From positions 1-39,729 of the forward strand of contig JALAGF010002920.1 of NCBI GenBank assembly GCA_030167865.1: a stretch of 39,729 nucleotides of DNA. The letters run 5' to 3'. The position numbers and the translations under genes were made by a program. The notes beneath the pieces are model-generated. The model saw only the letters and a program-made list of their open reading frames with translations, was not told where the DNA came from and searched no databases. This DNA comes from Craspedostauros australis. Taxonomy: Eukaryota. Of this stretch, positions 11,389 to 23,300 are shown in pieces. How positions within the stretch are numbered: the stretch's first letter is position 1; each line of letters opens with the position of its first letter.

Positions 11389-12435
11389 CTATACCTCTTC
11401 ACTTGCCTCCTTATTCTCGAGCACATGCAATTGGTACAATCTCATCTTCATGATCGGATGCCGCAGCAGCCAACCGTTGCCGCGATCCCTCCCATGCTCG
11501 TCTTCCATCTTCTGGGCCTGCTGAAAGAGTTCGTCGAAATCGGTCGACAGCGTGACACGGCGACCAGCATGAAACACCACGCCCTGCCCCCAATGGCGAG
11601 GATAGGAAATGCCGGTGCCGTTGGCCAACGACGTGACCTGTCGTATGACCTGCCGCGCGTTGTCTTTGGACACGACGCGGTTTCCGCTGCCATGGGGGAT
11701 GTGGAGCAACCAGTGGTGCATGTCGGGGATCCACTCGGGAATCTGTTTCAGCTGTTCACGTTGCGATGGCGTGAGTTTGGTTGCATCTGCACCTGCGTTG
11801 GTCGTCTTTCGCTTTGGTCTCACTCTGGATTTGAGCGGGCGCCTTTGTTCATTGTCATCAAAGAAGAAATCCACGCCGGTGGAGATTTCGCACGGTTTGC
11901 GAGCCAATCGACGGCTGACACGCCGTTCCTCCTTACGCTGCATTCGTTTGCTTTGCCGTGACTTCGTCGCCGCCGTCGTCGACGATGCCACCCGCTTCTT
12001 CGCATTGCGCTGCATGTCGCGGAAGGATCGCGAATCCAAACCCTTTGCCTTCAGCAGCTGTTCGTTATGCCGTTTGTTGGCATCCACCATGTCCGTGTAG
12101 GTGGCGTACCACTGTCCATCTTTGGAACGGTGACAATGTTCTTGCGTCTCGATGCTGCTGCTCGTGCTTTTATTGATTTGGCCAGACACCGGAGTTTGAT
12201 TGCGAGTCATCAATGACTTCTGCAGCGACGATGGTGCTTCTGGCGACGCATCCAAGCGATCTGACGTTGTTTCTGTCGACTTGCCGAGGCTTGGCGCAGT
12301 GTTGGTCACTGAGCGCGTGTCTATGTCTACGCCTGTGCCAGCGTATGCATTGCTTGCCCTAGTACGAGCACGAGTGCGACTGCGAGTGTGGACTTGTGCT
12401 TGCTGCGCCATGGATGGTGCTGTGGATAGTGCCAT
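11389..12435 (-). CDS. Hypothetical protein (348 aa) with a basic, probably nuclear, central region and a globular C-terminal domain
   Basis: Long ORF with a disordered N-terminus, a short helical motif YTDMVDANKRHNEQLLKAKGL, Lys/Arg clusters, and a ~110 aa ordered C-terminus (..HWGQGVVF..GRDRGNGWLLRHPI). The first ATG is at 12435. Confidence 0.75.
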   Translation of the reverse strand: MALSTAPSMAQQAQVHTRSRTRARTRASNAYAGTGVDIDTRSVTNTAPSLGKSTETTSDRLDASPEAPSSLQKSLMTRNQTPVSGQINKSTSSSIETQEHCHRSKDGQWYATYTDMVDANKRHNEQLLKAKGLDSRSFRDMQRNAKKRVASSTTAATKSRQSKRMQRKEERRVSRRLARKPCEISTGVDFFFDDNEQRRPLKSRVRPKRKTTNAGADATKLTPSQREQLKQIPEWIPDMHHWLLHIPHGSGNRVVSKDNARQVIRQVTSLANGTGISYPRHWGQGVVFHAGRRVTLSTDFDELFQQAQKMEDEHGRDRGNGWLLRHPIMKMRLYQLHVLENKEASEEV

Positions 12436-14010
12436 TGATGGGTGGCTGCGTTGCGTTGCTTGCTTCCTTGATGGAGTGGGTGACAAAGTATGGCACCCGT
12501 CGGGCAGATCTGATCTGTGGCCATGCGTTCAACAATCAGGATTGCCCGAGAGAGCAACGATGGGCAGAACAGCACTCTTCTTGTGCGTGCCCATCCTCGC
12601 AGTGGTAAGATGACAGGAGGGCAGATGGTGTGTGGACATCAATCTGTGCTGTCAACCAAGAAAGGGGTGGTGGTTGGATCTGGAAAGTGGTCCCGACAAA
12701 AAGAAATGTGGGTGGGAACGTCGTTGAGACGATTTTGTGGCGACAGCGGTTGGAGAGGTGTAACAATGCGATAAATTTAGATTCTTCATTTGGCGCCCAA
12801 CGGACAACGAATCTTGTCGAGTGAGTCAACCGTCTTTGGTTTGTTCGTTGCGTTGTGCACGAGCACGGAGCAGAACGAGCAAAACGAGCAGAACACACAT
12901 GAACGAGAACAGAAGAAACGGTCAACAAGAACGACAACCTGTCGTCACGTTGACGACAACAGCGACAGCATTGGACGCGACCAGCACGACAGTCTCTTGT
13001 CCCTGCCCAGTCGAAAGCCTCTCTCCAGAAGCGGAAGCATTGCTGTATCACCTCATCGTCGCCATCGTCGCTATCATCGCCATCGTCCGCAGCAACAGCA
13101 GCAACAACAGCAACAGCATCGACATCATCGACAGAACCATCATCGACAGCATCCCCATTGTCATCTGTCCAGAAAGCAACCGTCGGTGAGTGCGAAAGAG
13201 CAAGAGTGTGTTGACTGCATCCGCAGCCGTGTCAAGACCAAGATCAACAGCAAGAGCAAGAGCAGGACCAACAGCAAGAGAAACAGAAGCGTTAGCGTCA
13301 GCGTCCACTCCACTCCCATGCCATGGCCTTGCGAAAGTCGCAGCAACGTGCACGCGAAGGTTGAGGCGTGATCGTGCAGCACATCACGATTTGCCATTTC
13401 GGGCGTGGCAGGCGCGGCATGAAGCGCAGCGATCTTTGTTGCGGTGCGCAGATGTGACAAAAAGGCGGTGAAGAGCAGTGAAAAGCAATGACGACAACAA
13501 TGGAGAAGACAACCAAGGGTGTTGATCCCACCAACGCTGAATTCTTCGCGCCCACGAAGCTCTTCCGTTGTTGTCGGTTGTGTCGATTGCGTCGATTGCG
13601 CAGGCTTGGTGGCTTTCTGTCTCCGAACTCCTCCTTTTCTCATGCTCAGAACCTCACCAAGCAGATTTACCTGAGTGCACTTGCTCTGCTCTGCTCTACA
13701 TGGTGTACTGATAATCGCTGCACTGGAACACACACCTATGCAACATATATTCCATTCGACTGTGCTTCGAACGACTGTTTCATCCTCATACTTCCATACT
13801 CACGCAATCACTTCAATCCAACTCACTGCCATCTCCTCGCTCCTTTCAATTGCGGCGACTCCAAACGTGCCGAATTCGATAGCAGACCAAACAGAACGAA
13901 GCAACCAACCACAGCCGACATCTCCCAACACCACTTGCAACAACAGCAACAGCAGCAGAAATAACAGCAACAGCAACAGCAAACAATAGGAGCAAGGAAC
14001 GAGCACCATC

Positions 14011-14930
14011 ATGTCATCCTCCAACTCATACGAACAGCAGCAACAGCAGGGATCTGCACAACAGCCACGGCCGCTCCAACTGGGGGCCAAGGGTGCCTAC
14101 ATTGTGCGATTACTCATGGTCGGAGACTCCTCCTGCGGAAAGACGTCCCTGGTGCTCAGATTCGATCAGAACGTCTTCTCCACCAAATTCGTCACAACCA
14201 TCGGAGTGGATTACCGCGACAAGATGGTCAAGGTACGTGGACTCTCGAGTACTTGGAGTACTTGTAGGCGGGAATATGCATTGTCACGTGTGTGCTAAAT
14301 TTGTTCTCATTGTCGCAACTCTCGCACACGTCTCACTTACCTCCATCGGTCTCTCTCTCTCTCTCCCTGTGTCGATAAATCTCTTCATCTCCAAACACCA
14401 ACCCACAGATCGAAGGCGCGCCAATGCGCCTGCAGCTCTGGGACACCGCCGGACAGGAGCGCTTCCGTTCTCTCACATCCAACTTCTTCGGTCGTGCCGA
14501 TGGCTTCGTCCTCACCTACGATATCTCCAACAGACCATCCTTCGATCACGTCATGGGATGGATGAGAGATATCAAGACCAGAGCGCCACCCGATTGCGAC
14601 ATCGTCCTGTGCGGTAACAAGGCTGATTTGGACGACGACAGAGTCGTCTCGCAGGATGAGGGCAAGCAGCTCGCGGAAGAGTACGGCGTGGCCTTCTTCG
14701 AAACCTCGGCCCTCACGGGTGCCAACGTCGAGCAGATGTTCACAGCCTTGGCCACCACCATCAAGCACAAGAGAATTGATGAATTCGGAGCGCGCCCCAA
14801 TGCGGCGCAGGGCGGAGTCCAGGGCGCACCATCTGCAGACCCATCGACGCAAGCCCAAGAAGGCGCCAGATCGATCAATCTGGGCGCACCGCCCGCCGCC
14901 AATGCGCCACCCAAAGCTGGATGCTGCTAA
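14011..14930 (+). CDS. Rab GTPase, Rab8/Rab1-group-like; join(14011..14232,14409..14930), 247 aa
   Basis: GDSSCGKTS, TTIGVDY, WDTAGQERF, GNKAD, ETSA and a C-terminal CC prenylation motif. A phase-0 intron GTACGT...CACAG (14233-14408) restores KMVK|IEGAPMRLQLWD. Confidence 0.95.
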
Positions 14931-15791
14931 ACCACTTGATGTTCGTCACGACTGGACCAGGCGGGTCATATGCATGTGTGCAGGAAGGAAGGAAGAAATA
15001 AATCGGAGAGGCCCGAAGCGCCATTATGAATTGGATGCACTCGCGGATGGGCACATGGATGGATGGATGGATGCAAAGAGGAAGAACGAATTGGATCATT
15101 GCAGCACGCTGCGCTGTCGCATGGGAACTGCAATTGAGATGCATTGAGAAATATTCCCGGAGCACGAACGTGATAGATCTGGCGCGCGCGGCACGGATGG
15201 TGTTGCAAACATGATCAATCATCGATGTCGATCGCCAGTCAACGGATCCTGCATGTTCGCAAGATACGGCATTGCTGTTCAACCCAAGATTTCTCAACTG
15301 CGAATGGACCATCCACTTGCGCGTCTTCAAGGCGAATGGTATCCCGCATTTGCCTCGCGACGTCTTTCAGCTATCGCATGGAATCTCACTCGATGGAGAT
15401 GGACAATGAAGTGACTCAGTACGGGTCGAAAGGCAAACAGTACGTAGCGTAGAAGTGCAATCACAAATATTACACAAAACTGTTTATGTTATGTGACATC
15501 TTGAAGCTTGCCTTTGTTGAGCAATCGGCATGTGGATCCAAGCGGTCGCACAGCGCGGCACTCCTGTCTGGAGCAATCCACCTGAGTGGTGCTGTGTGTG
15601 TATCGATTGTTCTACTGCTGTTCTCTCTACTATATCTTTACGAGTTGGTGGTTGTTTGTACGGTGGTTGCGAAGGCTCAACTCGTTCCACAGGAGCCATG
15701 CTCTGAACAGGTGCCCATTTCCAACCTCTCACAGAGTAGTCTGCTGGAGAGCGATGTGCCCTAATCTCTCTAGAGCCCTTTACACCTTTGC

Positions 15792-17726
15792 TCATTCATC
15801 CAACACACCCAACGGCACAGCCACAATGCGTTGCACATCCGTCTCCTTCACCCAGCCATCCGGTATCCGAACCATCATTTCCCGCCCTCCACCTTCATTT
15901 CCAGCCCGCTCGCGTAGTTTCATTTCCAATGCCAGCACGATCATATCGCATGGTACCTTCTGCACAACGACGCCACTGTCTTCCTGCCACACCTTCACAT
16001 CATCGTGGAGGCTCTTGTAAAATGCTGGAAACAGACTGGTCGCGGCGGACCGCATGCGCTCGGCATATTCCATCGCGGCTTGCTGGTCGGAGATGGGGCG
16101 CTCATCGTCCACATCCGAAGTGGCTTCGGCGGCACGTGCTTCGTCGTTGCCATTCTCACCGTCGCCGTCGCCTTCGTTGTCACCTCCTCTCTCTTCTTCC
16201 ATCCCTTCTCCATCGCCTTGGTGGTGCTGCTGCTCGCCGCCGAATGTTCGCTGCCGCGCTTGCATCGTGGGTATGTCACTGCGGCAGGTCGGGCAAGATT
16301 GCTGTTGCACCAGCCACTCGCGCAGGCAGGACTTGTGGAAGATGTGGCCGCATCCTGGCAGGCACTTGGAGCTTTGCACCGTCATCTCGTCGCGGCAGAT
16401 GATGCAGATGCTGCCCGCATCGTCGAGCTGCTCCTGCGTCGGTGGGTCGAAGGATTTCATCGACGACATGAGCTTGCGGTACTTGGCGAATGCGACTATG
16501 CGCTCCTTGAGGAGGCGGAAGTTGCTGTAGACCTCGCGGATGAGGTTGAGGGGGATGCCGTTGGTGACCCAGACGATGGCGAAGAAGGTGAGGTAGAAGA
16601 CGAACTTGGCGGCCTGGGCCTGCACCTCGACAGCGAAGACCAGCGTCGCGCGGTGATCCTTCCAAGGGTGGATGAAGTGATGGAACATGGACGTCGGTTG
16701 CGCTGTCGTAATTTCGTGCATGAAATGGATCAGCCCGTCCAGGAGGTGGAGGCTCCAGAGAAGTATGTTGGAAAGGGCAGAGACCAGCAGAATAGCGCTT
16801 TCGAATGCGAAGAGGATCCACACGCTGGGTCCATTTTCCAGCACCTGCTGCGCAGAATACGTGACGGCCCACAGGTCTACCATCTGAAGCGTGATGATGG
16901 CGGTGAGCAGCCCCACGAAGGGTCCGTTGATGGCCGGCCACTTGGAGTTGGGTTGCACGACGATGGATTCCTCCGTCATGCGCAGATGCCCCTCACGCTG
17001 ATCGACCACCCAATGCAGGCACTTGAGGCAGATCAGCGCCACGAAGAGGCACCCCGTTGTGACATCCAGCGATGCGCGGAACATCGTGAGGGCGAGGCAG
17101 GTTTCGGTGATGTTCCAGCGGAAGAAGTCGCCCAGCCCTTCTGCCTCGGGCAGCCGCAGTCCCTTGAGGAAGAAGTTGCAAAAGCCGAAGAAGACCGAGA
17201 TGCACACCGCCACCAAGGCGTTGCCCCAGACTATGTAGGTGAGCTTGGAGCTGGCAAGGAACGTCATGGCGAGGTACCACTGCTGACGCGATCGCAATGC
17301 GTAGTACAGCAGCGCCAAGGCCGCTCCCAAACTGGCCTGGACGTACGAGATCTTGTTGGTCAGTCCGTTCCTGGTGCTGTTCGCATCATGGTCCTGGAAT
17401 CGCGGATCGTGGTCGTGGTCATCATCGTCGTGATCATCGTCGTTGAATCTGTTGAAGTCATCGAAGTTGTTGAAGTCATCGTTGTTGTGATTGTGATTGT
17501 GATGGTTGGCGTCCTCGCCCTCTTGGATGCGGCGATCGTCGTCTCCGCCAGCATCCGCGTTTACGTGCGCATTAGCGCCTCTCGCTGCTGCTTCACCACT
17601 ATGGCTCAAGTCTGCGGCTTCCTCTGCCTCTTCCTGCGCGAGCAGAAGACGTTCAAGTTCCTCCTCGCGACGACGACGATCATCCTCCGTTTCGTGCCCT
17701 GGTTGCTGCCGCTGTGGATCTTCCAT
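15792..17726 (-). CDS. HRD1: HRD1/synoviolin-type ERAD E3 ubiquitin ligase (multi-pass TM + RING-H2), 644 aa
   Basis: HRD1-like TM block (LR..EAE...ITETCLALTMFR, KCLHW...R, FAFE.AIL, IPLNLIR) and RING-H2 CIICRDEM..C-LPGCGHIFHKSCLREWL..QQSCPTCR. Confidence 0.88.
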   Translation of the reverse strand: MEDPQRQQPGHETEDDRRRREEELERLLLAQEEAEEAADLSHSGEAAARGANAHVNADAGGDDDRRIQEGEDANHHNHNHNNDDFNNFDDFNRFNDDDHDDDDHDHDPRFQDHDANSTRNGLTNKISYVQASLGAALALLYYALRSRQQWYLAMTFLASSKLTYIVWGNALVAVCISVFFGFCNFFLKGLRLPEAEGLGDFFRWNITETCLALTMFRASLDVTTGCLFVALICLKCLHWVVDQREGHLRMTEESIVVQPNSKWPAINGPFVGLLTAIITLQMVDLWAVTYSAQQVLENGPSVWILFAFESAILLVSALSNILLWSLHLLDGLIHFMHEITTAQPTSMFHHFIHPWKDHRATLVFAVEVQAQAAKFVFYLTFFAIVWVTNGIPLNLIREVYSNFRLLKERIVAFAKYRKLMSSMKSFDPPTQEQLDDAGSICIICRDEMTVQSSKCLPGCGHIFHKSCLREWLVQQQSCPTCRSDIPTMQARQRTFGGEQQHHQGDGEGMEEERGGDNEGDGDGENGNDEARAAEATSDVDDERPISDQQAAMEYAERMRSAATSLFPAFYKSLHDDVKVWQEDSGVVVQKVPCDMIVLALEMKLRERAGNEGGGREMMVRIPDGWVKETDVQRIVAVPLGVLDE

Positions 17727-20316
17727 CCTTGCTGGTGCTTGATCGGTGCTGCGTGGTCGGTGCTGCGTGTACTACCCAATGTTTCGTTGTGCGTGCCCGT
17801 GCGTGCGGATTGGTCTCACACGACGTAGGAGGTTGAGGGTATGAACACTCTCAGCAATGGATCTTTGATGCTGCTGCTTCCTTTGATGGATGGGATGGAC
17901 GGAAGGCCAAGGAGACAAAGGAAGGGAACTCAAGGGAGTGTGGAGTGGTGGTACGTCGGTTGCGCATGTTTGTGCGTCCTCCTTGTCCGAATTCTCTTTC
18001 AGTTGGTCTTGTCTTGTCTTCTCGTTGTTTGATGACGCCTGTGTCGTGTGGAACCGAGTCCTGTATTGATCACTATGAACGAATGAAACTAGTCATATTG
18101 TGCAGTCGTAGTGTCCAAGGGTGGAAGCTAGAAATAACACAATGACGAGTAATTGGAGGACTCCATCGGCAACAAGAGCACCGGCATCATGTCTGGAGTG
18201 GAGGTTCACAATCGCACTCTCAAGTCGCACTGGGATCGACTCTAGAGGAGCTACCACGACCTATGTGTCCAACTCAGGCGTGAGGCATCGCCGGACAAGA
18301 CGACAGAACATGGCACGGTCAGCCGACAAGCTACTCGAACTCACATGACAGCGTCAAAGTGCAAACGAATCCATCGGGATCGACGGACGGCCATGGATAG
18401 CAAATTCTCTGTCCTTGGGCAAGTGACACTCAATCACAGCAAACGGGATCGTGGACTTTCCTTCCTCCCATCCGTTCGTTCGATCGTTCGGTCAAACTGC
18501 GACGTTGCTGGATGAGAAAGATTCTTTGTTGTCGCTGTCTCAGACGCGTCTGGAGCTTCTCTCGAGAGATACATCGATGATTTCGATGCTCACGATTAGG
18601 TTGTGCCAGTATCCAAAGAATCCATGGCCCAGATTGCTCTGCCCTTCCCTCTTCTACAGGTGATAGTGTGTGTTGACGACGAATCAATCCGCTGCGTGGC
18701 GTGGTGTGGCGTAGCGGGGGCGTTGATGGATGTTTGCTTCCATCGATCAACACGGACAGGGCAAGGGAAATGATGTGTCTATAGACAGTATCCGCTCCGT
18801 GACTCCACCGATGTCTCACCAATACTCACGTTGCAATGCGTAGCTGTCGAGTAGGCACCCGCCAGATAATTGCTCCGAGTACTCGTATTGCGTCGTGTTG
18901 TGCCATCCTCCCACCTCTCGGCTCCCGCCTCTCACCAGAGGCCCGATCATGATAGGATGGGGGCCATTTGCACTTTCTTCCCCAGTCATAGGTATGTGTG
19001 CTTCCGCTGCAGCTTTGTGAAGATTGCACATATTCCTCACAAAGATGGACGTTGGGGTTGGATGGCGCAGCCTGCAGTCGCGGCGTAGCCACAAGCAACT
19101 CCAGCCAGCCTGTGAGAAACAATCCTCCTCATCGAGGTTGAAGCTGATCATGCAATCCGAACGTCATGGAAGAACCATCACACAAGTTCTGCTTCAACGC
19201 CCTCCATCACCTCCTTGGCATCCAGAATAAATGACAAGACCGCAGCCTGTCGCAACTTCTTGTACCTTTGCCTTCTCTCCCTCCTCCAGGTAATGCCTTC
19301 CATGATTTGTCCTTGTGACCACTTCCTGATACTCGTGTTCTCTGTGCGAACGCGAGCCACATGTGCGGCATGGACAGGAGATGCTCTTGGTTCACACGAA
19401 GCTGCGCAGTATCCTCCCCGACTTCATCACCTTGCATGTGTGGCGTTGTCTCTCTTCTCTTGGCGTTGTTGGCACCTTCAGGTGTGCGCAGCCACAAACC
19501 ACAACCACAACCAGACCACTTGGATCATGTCCTCTCCATGACCTCCTCGTACATATTTTATCATACTTGAGTGAAGTGGTGGAAGTACCGACGTGTGCCC
19601 CGTCCAAACGCATGGTGCTTTCATCCATGCCACCCCCCTTCGGCACACATTCTCCACTCTGCCTCTGAGCACAGACTATGCCAACAGCCACACTCTTTCG
19701 GTCAGCGAGGCAATCGGGGAAGCTTGTCCTGTGCGAAACTGAAGCGAGCGGATCTCATCGCGTACTGATGCAAGCAGAAACGCGCTACTCCACTTGTACT
19801 CGTTCGACCATGCCAGACTAGCTCTCGTGATCATGCGCTCGCGCGAACAATACCACGCCATGTCCATCCCATTCATGGCTCTCTTTCGCTCAGAGGAAGT
19901 GCGACAAAGATGCTTGCCGAGGTTGTACCATACGGGTAGAATACCTACAACGAAATCAAACAGCACTGATATTGTCATACTCTCTCTAGAGCTCGTAGAG
20001 TACGTGCGCTTCATCAGTGTTGAGTGCATCCTATCATTCTGCTCGGTCGTTGTTCCAGCAGTACCGTTGTCGTCGCAGACTATGGAATGCTCTTCGTGTT
20101 ACCATCACGAGAAAGGGCCTTGCTCCACCACACCACGATACGAGCATGTACACTCCAGATAAGACAATTCTACGAGTGGTACTTGAAATTACGCGCTCCA
20201 ACCCTCTTTCATCTTCACGCAGTGAGGTACTCCAGAGAGTGCCAGACCCCCCAAGTTGCTGTTGCTGTTGCTATTGTTGTTGCTGCTATTCAAGTTGCTC
20301 CTGCTCGTGTTCCTGC

Positions 20317-23300
20317 TCACACACAAAACCCACAGCAAGTGCAGATGACCTCCGGAGAAGCACCCGCACAGTCAGCTGCGACTGCAAATCCACGTACACC
20401 GGCAAACGCACCTGTGCAAAAGATGGGATCCACGGTTCCGGTGAGATCATTTCTCTCCATGAATACCCTTGACAGCCTCGTCATATTCTTGAATTCCAGT
20501 GGCACGTTCCCGCTCAGACGGTTGTTCCCGAGCAAGAGATTGTTCAAATTCGTCAGTCGACCCAGTTCGGAAGGTATCTTGCCATTGATCGTGTTGATTT
20601 GCAAGGCCAGACTGGTGAGCAGGCTCAATTCTCCAAGTTCGGTCGGAATGGAGCCAATGATCCTGTTGTTACTAAGTCCAATAGAGCGAAGTCCCACCAT
20701 GTCCCCGATGGTTGATGGGATGGGCAAGTCGAGTTTGTTGTTATTGAATAACAAGTTCGTCATCTTCGTCAGCTCACCGACTTCGGTCGGGATTGCTCCA
20801 GACACTGAAGTGGAACCGATTTCAAGTGATAGAAGCTCCGTTAGCATTCCCAAGGTGGAAGGAAGGGGTCCATCCAAGGGAACTGTGTTCATTCTCATGT
20901 CAGTGAGCGCAGTCAAGTTGCCCACTTCGGAAGGGATCCAGCCTGTCAATTCGGTCCCCGCAATGGCTAGCCGCCGCAGGGAAGTCAGCTCACCAAATTC
21001 CGTCGGGATATTGCCCGTGAAAGGGGCCGCCGAGATGTCAAGGTCTTCCAGCTTGGTCAGCAACCCGATCTCTGACGGGAGGTCGCCGTCCATTTCGAGG
21101 TTGTTCAACCGGAGGAAGGACAGTTGATCCAGATTGCTAATTCCTGATGAGATGGTTCCTCGAAGCGTTTCGTAGGAAAAAGAAAGCTCTTGGAGGTTGG
21201 AAAGATGATAGAGAGATTGGTCGATTGTGCCCTTCAATCTGTTGAAAGCGAAAGTCAAGCTCGTTATGATGCCACCTTCATCACAGGTGACGCCGTTTCG
21301 GTTGCTGTTCCAATCGCATGCATTCAAGTCACTGAGGAAGTTGCATTGCCTAGTCCAGTTTGGCCCTTCCGCAGATACGTAAAGGCTCACCAGAGCGTAG
21401 TATTGGAGCAGTTGGGTTGAGTTGTCCTGATGGTAGTCGTCAAGGATCGCCAGGATGTCAGTGTGGTTAGAATTGGCCATCCAATCCAGTGCTTGATGGG
21501 GAACGCTCGTTTCGATTCCAAATGCGGACGACTCGATGAGCGACGGCGGGCCGGTGAGAGTTGGCGCAAGAACTTCGAGGATGGTGAAGAACTCATCGCT
21601 CTGCTCGAAGCTGTACGTTGGTTCGGCTGACGGGATCGCTGAAGTCGTAGGGACGTTGCTTGGAGATAGCGACGGGGCGACCGACGGAAAAGCGGAAGGC
21701 TGGGCGCTGGGCTTCCGCGTTGGGGCCTTTGAAGGCGCCGTGGATGGTACCTGGCTGGGCATGCCCGACGGTGTACTCGTGGGCTGCACGGAGCCTCTCA
21801 ATTGGTCCGAAGCGTTGCTGTTGTTGGCATCAAGGGCGACGAGGACAGACACCACGGTTATAACCACCAGCACCATCACGGTGACAAGACCGCACATCCA
21901 CATGCGCTTGCGCTTGAATACTTCCTCCTCAGTCTCGAAGTCCGCAGAGATGGGCTCTGCCACGATAAGATCGACGGAGACCATCGAGTCTCGTTGGTTC
22001 TCCATGCGCACTTCTTGCCGGATGGTTTCGCGCATCTCCTCCTCGGTCATCGCTTCCTCAGCGACCACCGTGGGAAGGCCTGTCGCTGCGTCGAATGAGA
22101 TCCCCGCAGCCTCCGCTGCTGCTCTGTCTTCTCCCTCCAAGGGCTTTATCTCCGTCTGCACGCTGTCATCGTCATCAACGATCCCGATGCGTTGCGCGAA
22201 GCCTGCTCCTGGGACCTGGGTGACCATGCCGGCGCTGGCATCTGTTGTGCTGACTGTCAGCAGATCGTCAGTGCTGACGCTGTGCCGAGTGCTGCCCACA
22301 TCGACGGAACTCTTGGAGTTGAGGTTGGTCGCGCTGCCCGTGTCCCAGTACTGCGGGGAGTCGTCTGAAGTTGGAGGCATGGTCAAGGAGTTCACATCTT
22401 CCTTGATTCCACCAGGGTACCGGAAATCCGTCATGCGAGGAATGTTTGCTGGTTTCCGGTTCCTGTTGGGATCCGGGATACCAGAAATCTTGGATGCCGC
22501 CGCCTCTACCTCTGCGGATGCCGTCTCCAATGCTGCGGGCATGGAAGCGAAGGCTGGGACAGGTGGCTTTTCGGGCTCAGTCCTAAGACCAACGGCCACG
22601 GCTCCGGGGCGCACAGCCGCCGTGGTAGGAGCGACCTTCCCTGACAACGCCCCCGAGGGAGCGACGGCGTAACTGGCTGATCTTCCGCTGTGTGCAGAGG
22701 TGTCGTGGGAAAGATGCCCCGACTGTTCCCCCTCCAAAGCCTTGGAGATCTGTTCGAATCGCCTTTGCGAGTGATCGCTGAGCGCAGCCATCTTCCCGTC
22801 CTCGCTGCTGGTATCTTCCACACTGCTCGCGTCGAGGCTGCTGCTCCTCATAAAGGACTGCGATGGCTTTGCGAATGAATCTGAACTTTTTGAGAATCTA
22901 GATTTCTCGGGCATTGAGCCGACAGCAACCGCCGTGCCAGGAACCTTCGAATTCTCATCGCCAGATACGCGCCTATGGAATCGACGACTGTAAATCTTCC
23001 TCGTCTTGCGGAATGTATTGCGTGGGTCTTCTGACTGGACCCTTCGAATGGGCGAAGGGCGTTGCACCGCGGGAAGTGTCGCCGCAGGCTTTTTCTCCAT
23101 GTCGTTCAAATCTTCCATTCTGTCCTGTGTACCGTCAGCGTACTGCATTAAATCCTCATCGTCGCTGCTGTCCGTGTGTGCTCTGGGAGGTCTGGGAAGC
23201 CCAGGTACCTTGCGATCTCTTTCGTCTTCATCTGTCTCCGCTCCCGCCTCCGCAGTACTGGTTGCTGCTGGTGCAACGACAACAGCGCGCGTTTTGCCGT

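Noticed and set aside
16005-17828. 607-aa plus-strand ORF
   Set aside because: Antisense shadow of HRD1 caused by codon bias; it has no motifs.
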